The notes beneath the pieces are model-generated. The model saw nothing but the letters and a program-made list of their open reading frames with translations. It searched no databases and was not told the DNA's origin. A DNA stretch of 62,132 bases, the filler included, from Choristocarpus tenellus KU-1152 (lineage: Eukaryota > Protista > Phaeophyceae): assembly GCA_964200185.2 (NCBI GenBank). It is 11 parts of 11 records of this genome, joined end to end, with 100 filler letters (N's around TTAATTAATTAA, not from the genome) between each part and the next. Parts side by side here need not be neighbours in the genome. Positions count along the whole stretch, not along the records: positions 52,077 to 58,293 come from CAXNAD020008657.1; positions 58,394 to 62,132 come from CAXNAD020018213.1; 9 more parts are not named here. One strand, written 5' to 3'. Shown here in pieces: positions 52,811 through 62,132 of this stretch. The position numbers and the translations under genes are program-made. Each line of letters opens with the position of its first letter. The first letter of the stretch is position 1.

Positions 52811-53127
52811 GTATGGTGGAACTGTCACTTCCTACCTATCCTATGACAATCTCTACGAACATATCCTGGGGTGTTTTCTACTGTGGGTCCTTAGCCATAC
52901 CAAAATGCGTCTCCCACGATCCAGGAAATATTCCTAGTGTCACGCCTAAAGTGAATCTTTGGAAAAGAGTAATACTAATCAATTGACTTATTACTGAACT
53001 ACCATATATACAAAAACGAGGAAAACATCCCCCTGACTAAAGTCAGTCTGCATACAACAACACAGCTGTCACTTGACTACTGTGGGTATGCACTAAAACA
53101 CACAAGAGATGGGGGACAGACTCAAAT

Positions 53128-54273
53128 TTAAACATTTAGAAAGACAAACACAAGAGAAGACAGCCATAGAGAATAACGATCAGATTCGCCAAAATAGGAA
53201 CCGATGAACCCTTCTAACCTTTCCAATCTATCAGCAAGATCCTCTTGGTTCGAGGACGGAGGAGAAGCTGTTGATACCATGTTAGCGTACTTGTCCCCCT
53301 CTCCTTGGGGGGTTTCTGGTCTTTCCCTAGCTCGAACAGTCAGGGGACATTCATCATAGTCATGTCCTACCTCCCTGCACCTTGGGCATCTTCCATCTTT
53401 ATCTTCATCTTCCCCCAGTCTTTTAGAGGCACCTGCATGTCGTTCCCTGTCCAGGTCGGAGCAGTCACCTCTCGTGTGGCCATCTTTGCCACACATGTAA
53501 CAGACTATGCGCCCCTCCCAGCGCCCCTTTCTGCCTGAAGATTTCTTTCCCGCACTAGCAATCAAAGCATGGCTACTACCAGTGGTCTTGCCCATGTTAA
53601 TCGCCTGCAGGTCTTTGAATCTAGCCACCACCATTTTCTCCACATCCTGTACCGTCTTGGTCTCCCTGTAGTCTATGAAGCTCTTGACTTGGGAGTAATT
53701 CTCCCCCAGCTTGTTTAGGATGGTCGCTACCTTCGTTTCCTCGGTGATGACCTCACCCATTGATTTCAGTCTTGTAGTTAGTCGCGACAGTTCTCTAAGA
53801 CCTGGAGATGGGTCCTTCCTATCATCAAAAGTCAGACGATCAAGCTCCTGGCGTATACGCCTGGCCTCCTGATGGGTCTTTGGCATGAACGCCGCATCAA
53901 GGGCACGCCACCCTGCGCTCGGAGAACGAGGTGAGATAAACATATGCAGGGCTCGGTCTTATAGCATCAGCAGCATCAGTTGCCACACCTTCCTCGCCCG
54001 CTTGGTTGCCAGTTGGAGCTCCTTGTTGCTGCCCATATCAGGAACAGGTACTGTTGGAGGTCACGCCACGTCTTCATCTTCATCATCTTGTGAATTGGAT
54101 GATTCTGCGTCCACTGCCCAAATGGCTCCCCCACAGATAATGTCTGGCCCGCGAAGAGCTGTCACACAGTCATGAACGCCGAGCGTGGCCTGAGCCCTCA
54201 CAGCAGAGGAGTTGAAGTCTTCACTCAGCTTTCCGGCAAACGTGGGGAGTGATGTGATCTTGGCAGCATTCAT
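53128..54273 (-). mobile_element. gag: Ty1/Copia-type gag (frameshifted) with two CCHC zinc knuckles; no pol downstream
   Basis: MNAAKITSLPTFAG..., UBN2-like LKSMGEVITEETKVATILNKLGENYSQVKS, knuckles CYMCGKDGHTRGDC and CPRCREVGHDYDEC. Confidence 0.85.
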
Positions 54274-54597
54274 GGCAGATATCTTGTACACAATGCTCAC
54301 TACCTGTCTTGCCGCTTTGCACAACGTCCCAGGAATATTCGGTCCACTACGTAGCGTGTTGAAGTATCCCACTCTGGACCCGCGGCTTTTATGGTGCTTT
54401 AAAGAAGGACAAAGAACAGCTTGATGTAGATGAACAAAGTCAATATTACAAGGGTCTTTATGGTCTCGATTCCGCTGACTGAGCTCGTGGGTGAGACTCT
54501 AGCCTTAACTACCATCATTACTCTATAGTGCGGGGTTTGTGATCGTCCACACTATTTTACTATGAATTACTTATTTACTTATCTTAAGTATAGAAAA

Positions 54598-54855
54598 GAG
54601 TAATGTATCTTAGAGGGTAGAGTCGCGTCCATTTGGGGGGCAAAATCAATTGTTGCGATTTTGATGTAATTTTGGCTATCGTGTTTGTTAGGAGATGTCA
54701 ATATCCCTGTTCTGGACCCGACTTTTTATGACGTATACATTTTACCTACTCCGAAATATTTTGGAGTAGGTAAAATGTCATTAAAAACCTATGGGAAGCC
54801 AAGCCCCAAATGGACAAAAAGGGAAAATATCGTACCCTCTAAGATACTTTCACTC
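54598..54855 (+). mobile_element. MITE family B
   Basis: Both TIRs present; GAAAA on both flanks; internal hairpin intact. Confidence 0.88.
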
Positions 54856-56396
54856 GAAAAGTGTATCTTGAACATGATAAAAAAACAAATCAACACTATG
54901 AATGAGTCAGTACATATAATATATCTGTCAATGGCTCTCCATCCTATTATCTAATCCACCAGTGGTGTCTACGTGTATCAGCAGCACTATCTACGAACAC
55001 AAGTCGTCAAGTATACTGGATCTCTCACTTGGATTATCGTCAATATCATATAAAAAGGAACTGATCCACGATGTCTTATCACAATCGGGGACCATAATGA
55101 CCAAATAATAAATAAATAATCTAGAAGTACAAATATATCAAATCTAGAACTTCAATGACATAATGGTGTTTATGAAACCGCCATCAAGACATATCGCCTG
55201 TGACATTTAGTCTGTTGTAACTGAGGACATTGATCTTACAGTTAAGAATGATGCAATGTGAATTCAGTATTCTTGGTTGCTCAATCCAGAATGATTTGAT
55301 GTGAATTCAGTGTTCTTTCATGAATTACTTAACGAAAGAAGTCCATGCTCTGTGGAGAGGCTTGTTACCCCAACGAGGCACCCGATCGCAAATTGCACAA
55401 ACGTATGGAATGGCCACAACAACGCTGGCTCGTTTGGTGAGGGTGGCATCACAGAGCTGCGATAATGGGGAGGACATGTGTTGAAACATAGGCTACTCGT
55501 CTGTTTGTTCCTTGATAGGATACAGTTCCACCAGTCAATACTGACTGTTGATTGGTCTGTTACGCTCTGGATGTTACTGTCACAAGTTCATCATCACCAC
55601 ATCAATTACCATCAGAACAATGTAGTACAGAACAGTCGCTCTGCGTTCCACACGCAAGGATAGTATACGTCATGTGAGTTGCATCACATATTGGTTCAAC
55701 TTTGTTCTGTTGTTCCCTTGTTTGTTTTTTCTTCACTCTTTCTTCTTCTTGTCAGCAGAAGATGACAGCTGTACGTTGGTTGTTTATTATTTCTTTCATG
55801 ACTGACATTGATCACTCACAATGCACCAAGCTCACTCTGCAAAAAGTGTACCAAACACACACATGGATGTAATATAATTAGAGTTAAAACCATCCGCGGA
55901 AACCCTTGCCAGCCAATGGACCCTGCCACAGGTCTTGCGCAGCCGAAAGTACTCACCGATGGCAGCTTGCCGCGTGTACACGTGGATGTCTTTCACTTTT
56001 CCCATCGTACAAAGTGTGGTAGTGATTGGTTCAGCCGATCTCGAGAATTTGAAAGTTTGGTGTGTTGCAATCACCCTTCTTAATAGGAAGGCAACCAAAT
56101 GTAACTGCACGATTGCACGGTTGCAGAGCCAATTTTCACACCCTGAAACAAGGTGCTCTACCTTCATCGGCACCGTTTTCGAGAACGGCAAACCCTCAGA
56201 CGTTGCTTAGGGGCTTGTTTGAAAGCTTATAATTTGTCCATTAACATGTGTATCACCGAACAATAATTTAGGATACCTAAGCCGGAAACCGCGCACCCGA
56301 AAAAATAGATGTTTAATCACCCAATCAGAGGGAGTACTTCGACAGTACTTTGAGGGAAACTCTTACTACAATACCTGTACTTCGAGCACCACACTT

Positions 56397-56655
56397 GAGT
56401 CAAAGCATCTTAGAGGGTAGAACCGCGTCCGTTTGGGGACCAAAGTCCAATGTTGCGATGTGGATGTAATTTTGGCTATTGTGTTTGTTAGGAAGTATCA
56501 ATATCCTTGTTCCGAACACGCATTTTCATAACATAAACATTTTACCTACTTCGAAACATTTTGGAGTAGGAAAATGTAATAAAAAACCTGTGGGAAGCCA
56601 AGCCCCAACTGGACAAACGGGGTAAAATTCGTACCCTCTAAGATACTAAAGACTC
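56397..56655 (+). mobile_element. MITE family B
   Basis: Both TIRs present; ACTT duplicated. Confidence 0.88.
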
Positions 56656-56851
56656 ACTTAACCTATATACGTATGCACATCACTCTGACTGGCATATGGT
56701 TCGATCATGGAGACGACGAAACACGTTCCACACAACAGAATCGATTTCAGAGTCTTACGAAGGAAGAATTCAAAGAACGAACCAGACGAACACCTGGTAC
56801 CAACGTTCCATGACCAAGATTCTCTATCTTTTGACGAAGTTATTCTAGAAG

Positions 56852-57352
56852 ATGGAAGGAAACTTCTACTTCCCAAATCATCCGGAATCTTTGTAGACAC
56901 AGATTTCCAGGTAGTTGATCAACGTGTTGTCCAGCAGTTTTAATGTCGGTGGATAATCACCAGCTCAGTCAACAACCCTTACCATTAACACCTCCTGCTA
57001 CCCAGACTGTAAATGTTCCGTCAACACCTTTACAAATGCCCTTTGTCAACGCCACTCACTGGTGTCATTGTCAACATCCTTGACTGGGGACATAGGCATC
57101 AATCTCATCATGGAAGGAAACTTCTACTTCACAAATAATCTGTAATATTTGTAGACACAGATTTCCGGGTAGTTGATCAACGTGTTGTCCAGCAGTTGAT
57201 GTCGGTGGATAATCACCAGCTCAGTCAACAACCCTTACCGTTAACACCCCCTGTTACCCAGACTGTAAATATTCCGTCAACATATTTTCAGATGCCTACA
57301 CCACTGTGCCATCGTCAACATCGCCTACTGGGGACCTATGCATCAATCTCAT
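56852..57352. repeat. ~259-bp tandem duplication
   Basis: ATGGAAGGAAACTTCTACTTC...GTAGTTGATCAACGTGTTGTCCAGCAGTT...CATCAATCTCATCA occurs twice. Confidence 0.9.
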
Positions 57353-58434
57353 CAACTCCGACCTGAAGGCATCCGTTGAGGAAAAACATCCTCCAAACAT
57401 GGACCTTATTAAAAACGTGACAGAAACGAGGGACATGACGAATGTAAGGCAATCCACACCTATTGTCCCCACGACTGCTTTGCCGAAAATGTCGTTATTT
57501 TAGCAAACTTCCCTAAAGATATGTGTCTTCCCCCAACTACAACTGATGTACCGACCCTTATCTGTTTTACATTTAATTTTATTATTATGCCCTCTGAAAT
57601 TTTCCAGATGTGTCAGGCGAAAAAACAATGAAAACCTTTCAAATGTCAGAACCCCTAAAAAAGTAACAATTGCCGTAAATGTGAAAGATATTTTTCTATC
57701 AATTCACTTTTTTACTACCAGCTACCTACTCCACTGCCCTCCTGTGCCTCCAACCTGGCCTAGTCTTTATTGCATTCGGTGGGGAAATAGAAGGGGAAAA
57801 ATCGTAACACCTTATATACAACATATCGTTAACATACTACCTCCACCCCATAAGTCTGTGCTGCTTTGTCCATAACTTTGAAGATGTTGATGAAATTCAT
57901 TTCTGAAAAACGATTTTGAATACTTGACGAATTTCTGGTTAGAGTCAGCTCTGTTTATTATTATTACTTCCCATCCATCGCAATTTTATCAGCCGCAGAA
58001 AAAGCCTCTCCATGTCTACCTTCAGCTTGTTTTCAAGCTAACCTGACAACTGGCTCTTCCTTACCCCTGTGTGCTCCACACTGAAGTCATTCCCCCTTTT
58101 ATATCAAGGTACTTGGTTGTACACCACAAAAATGAGCTGCCAAGCCCTCTCAAGTGTGGTTTCTTCATACTCCTCGTACTGTTTCTCATTGACCTTCATC
58201 ATCTCCTCAACGGACCCAAACTCCTCCCCCATCACCCAAGATTTCAAAGACCTGAAGAAGGGTCAAAATATCTGGGGGGGGGGGGGGGGGGGGNNNNNNN
58301 NNNNNNNNNNNNNNNNNNNNNNNNNNNNNNNNNNNNNTTAATTAATTAANNNNNNNNNNNNNNNNNNNNNNNNNNNNNNNNNNNNNNNNNNNNATGAAGT
58401 CACCACTTTCTGGTGCCACGCGCAGGAGACATAA

Positions 58435-58613
58435 GACCCATAGTATCTGGAGGGGGGGGGGGAATCTACACCAGGGTGTCCATTTGGACCAAAACCTGGA
58501 AAAGTGCACTAACATTATCCATCTGACGTGTGTAACCAACTCACCCAAATATTGCGACATGAAAAATTGACCCCAAATGGACAGCCGCCACCCCCCTCCA
58601 GATACATTGAGCC
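58435..58613 (+). mobile_element. MITE family A
   Basis: Both termini present; ATAA duplicated; nearly identical to the 60628-60806 copy. Confidence 0.9.
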
Positions 58614-60489
58614 ATAACTGGATGTTATTATCTGGTGTGCCGCGTTCTTTAGCCACAGGGCATGGTGTATGATAATGGGTTTGAGGTTTTTGTTGGCAGC
58701 TTTAGTCCGTTGTATGTGACATAGCTTATCCATCACGACCCATTTATTTCAATATTGTGAGAGGTGTACAATGATAAGAAGTCCGATTTCCTACTTGCAC
58801 CGATAAAGCAGTGGGACTAGTGCCCTAAGTTGGGATGGGATGGTCCTTTCTTATCAATGCAACTAGATCTGACAACGTGCCACAACAAGGAATATGCCAC
58901 GTTTAGTGTATTGTGCTTTTCAGAGGGCTGGGGTGGCATCAAAATGCACTCGCAACAGATCTTGTCCTTACGATAGAGAAGTTGAAAATGTGGTGGCTGT
59001 TGGTATTTCCATCACTTTTTTTCGCTTTCTTGTTCCTTACAAGTTGTAAATTTCGGAATAATAGTGCTCGATAGAGCTCACACCATGTTTTCCTTGCTCT
59101 ACTACAGTAGTAGGTATCCTGATTCTTCCAGAGCTTTTGGTTGCGTATATTTTGAGCCTTATACTCTGGAGTATTTCGTGCTTCCCTTGTCCCTCAACAG
59201 AAAAATGATTGTCCTGTTCTGTCAGTGTTGCACAAATAATAAATTGATCATATAACTTGATTAAGTCGATTATGAGTGTGGCGATTACAATTTTATAGTG
59301 CTCCCCTTGTGCTTAAACATTTCTTAATAGAAGTTCATATGACCAAGTCGTGTTTTTGAGACATCATGGGTAATGATATATCACCGAAGGATGTGTACAT
59401 AGGAAGAACAGTCTATCAGGGCAGTAATGCTTACAATACAATTGAGTCACTTGACATGCTTGTCTTGATGTGGAATGTGCATCGGCTGAACACATTTGTT
59501 TTGTGGGGTATTGATTTGTCGGGAAGTGTGGATTACAAAATGATGTGGAAGAATGTTGATCTTAGGAAGAGCTTCGGAAGCATGGTAAGCCTTGTTGGTG
59601 TCTTCAGTCATTCCACTGTACATAGTTTTCAGCACCCAAGAGGACATAGTTCAGGATAATGAGGAGAGCTTCTAGGACTAGATACTGCAGCTGGTTCGGC
59701 GCAATGGTATGAGGTGGGTATGTGTAAGCACTATTGTTCTATTTATTTTATTTCACTCATTTACCTGTTCAGTGCTGTATTCATTCCGACATACATATTA
59801 GACGATGCATCTTGATCAGACCTTGAATACCGGTCATACTTCAGCGTTACAATATTGACACTAGCAGCAGAAAGCTTGCTGTCACTACCAGTAATTGAGC
59901 TGAGGTTTTTGGACCTTGAGCGTTTCCAGAAGTTGCCCCGAAATCTGCAAGCTGAAGTAAAGATGCTGCGGAATCGAAAGTCAACAGCCCTACCACTTTC
60001 AACGCAGGAACCTCCACTTATACCCAGGGGAAGTCAGAGGGAAAATGCTCCCGGCCCAACTCACGGAACCTATTTTGTGCGTTTCTGGGTTGCAATGCCA
60101 AATTCTGCATTTGCACAGTACTGAATATTGTTTTTTAACTCCGACAATGAAAACTACAAATCAGACAATCAATCCCGTACATTCACCTGCACTACCACAA
60201 ACACGAATGAGATGATGCAACAATTTGTTGCAGCCCTTACCACCTCTTTGTCAGCACAGGGCTTAGGGGAGGAGTCTACTCCCCCAAGATCACACTACCT
60301 CCGTGTATCCAGGGGTGAAAGGGAAAGGAAACAAGCATGTGTAGGGGTGGCCAGCGTAAGGAGTTCCCTCTTCTTGTGTTGGGTAAATTCAGAGTTTGTT
60401 GACAGGGCTGGTAGTTTAGGATGTGTTTATCCATTGGTTTCCTCCCACCCAGTAATGAAAATTCTGTAACAAGTTGTCACTTGATGTTT

Positions 60490-61800
60490 TTTACGTGAAA
60501 ATCACACTTCGTCGCTTTCTTCTTGCTCTTCAATTCACCAATCCACCGCTGTGTCAAAAGCCCCTCTTCACAAAGTCGCTTATCGTGATGTGACTCTCCC
60601 TCCAAGCTCTACTTTTTAGGGATGCAAGACCCAAAGTATCTGGAGATGGGGGGGGAATCTACACCAGGGTGTCCATTTGGACCAAAACCTGGAAAAGTGC
60701 ACTAACATTATCCATCTGACGTATGTAACCAACTCACCCAAATATCGCGACATGAAAAATTGACCCCAAATGGACAGCCGCCACCCCCCTCCAGATACTT
60801 TGAGCCCAGAGAAGCCCAAATGATTGATATTGAGATCAGGTGACTGTGCAGGCTGCATTATGAGCTTGACGTTCCACCCCCCCTCCCTCCTGGCCTCATT
60901 GAGCTTACATGGGCGTATCTTTTCCCACATGGATGAAAGGGTCGCTTCATCCTGCTGCATGACCACCTCTTCACCTGCCAACCACAGCATTTTTTCCTTC
61001 AATGCGAAGAGAAAATTTGCCACGTACCACTCCCAGTACCACTTGGTATTGATGGTCACATCGAAATCGTACTGATTCCCCCTCTTGAGGCGGGTCGAAC
61101 TTCTCTACACCTGCTTGATGATGCAAACACACCAGACTCTGAACTTGCCGTTGAAATCGTGGGAAGGATCTAGGTTAGAGACGGTGCAAATGAACATCAC
61201 CTTAGGAATGTGACTCTTGTGCTGTACCTTGGTAAAGCCCAACCTTTCCCCCCTGGGGAACATACGGACATGCTCCCCGTCATGGATGAGGTAGAACAAT
61301 GCTCATCGATATGAATCGTGTTGAGGCCGCTTCTGTAATTGAGGTGGTTCCTTACTGCTTGGTCAAAGACGAAATCTACCCGTTCTTTTGATGCGTCAAC
61401 GACAGGCTCGGATAATGTCCCATTTCGCCTTCGATGCACCCATCACTTTCAGCCATCGCTGAAGCTTTGAGCTGTCGGCTACAAGTCCAACTTTGGCTAG
61501 CTTTACAGAAAACTGATCGAGGGTCGGGGTTTGATTCGTGGCGTTGACCTTCCGAATCTTTGTATGCTTTTTCGGTACGGAATCTGATGACTGCTCGATT
61601 CGTGACGTAGATTTCAGAAAAGCATATGGCCATTATCCAATTGTTCTCATGTTCGCACCCCACAGTTATCTGGGATATTGTTCGTCAACTCCAAACTGCT
61701 CTTCCAGCTCTGATCCAACGCCTTTCAGAAGCAGTTTCTTACAAGGTGCTAGCGCTAATGCGTAGCGTATAGCTAGCACATTTTGACATTTCCTTGTTCG
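60490..61800 (-). mobile_element. Decayed Tc1/mariner (plant/oomycete DD39D-type) transposase
   Basis: Motifs IHIDE-xFYL, HKSHIPKVMF, MQQDEA and QPAQSPDLNINHLGF[MITE]ASLKS across frameshifts and stops. Confidence 0.88.
60628..60806 (+). mobile_element. MITE family A inserted in the mariner transposase
   Basis: Both termini present; interrupts the SPDLNINxLGFFASLKS motif. Confidence 0.9.
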
Positions 61801-62132
61801 GCTTGCAATCTGACCCTGGGCTGATGGGTTCCCAACAAAAGATAGCGGATTCGCCGGACTGGTCATATTGGTTACGGAACTCACGTTGCAGATGGTCCGG
61901 AGGCTAAGCAAGAGTTGTACGACTCTTGGCGAGGTGTTGAGATGATGCGCAACGATGGGGGGGGATTGTATGTGACGCCGGGTGCAGTGCAGCCACTGAA
62001 AAGGGGCCGAAAAGGACCGTTTTCTGCTCCACTTCTCGGAACAAATTTAGAACTATTTTGGAACAAAATGCGAAACCAGAAATCCCTCCCGAACAATTAT
62101 ATCTAGAGCTTCAGGGTCAAAGTATCTGGGGG

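Noticed and set aside
52432-57352. Direct repeats as a possible CRISPR array
   Set aside because: Units are 200-260-bp tandem duplications without unique spacers; eukaryotic context and no cas genes.
6650-58393. Ten regularly structured TTAATTAATTAA motifs flanked by N runs
   Set aside because: Artificial six-frame-stop contig spacers, not biological. Gene neighbourhoods across them cannot be interpreted.
17100-60806. Recurring short ORFs such as ...YATKSPKNRDMKKLTPNGQPPPPP... suggesting a peptide family
   Set aside because: They are translations of MITE family A; frames and stops vary between copies.

Overview
Eukaryotic, intron-rich, repeat-rich nuclear DNA, most likely from a brown alga or related stramenopile (inferred from intron style, gene content and oomycete/plant-type mariner). 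The window is not continuous: ten artificial 100-nt spacers (44 N + TTAATTAATTAA + 44 N) join 11 contigs whose order and linkage are unknown. The best-resolved feature is a complete 8-exon gene (7606-19792, about 1190 aa, all splice phases consistent). It encodes a probable type II membrane protein with three glycosyltransferase-A-like domains, one apparently catalytically degenerate, plus a duplicated Cys-rich module. Partial spliced genes: a STAND/AAA_16 P-loop ATPase (soluble adenylate cyclase type), a TRAPPC9-like C-terminus, the UPF2 C-terminus, a TOG/CLASP-N domain and two orphan exons. Also present: two tRNA-Thr(AGT) genes; three related MITE families sharing a GRSYCAAAGTATCT terminus (about 20 copies or fragments); a candidate tRNA-derived SINE with an encoded CCA; a Copia-type gag-only element in two copies; decayed gypsy and mariner elements; and several tandem duplications. 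All family assignments come from reading motifs by eye; no database searches were run.
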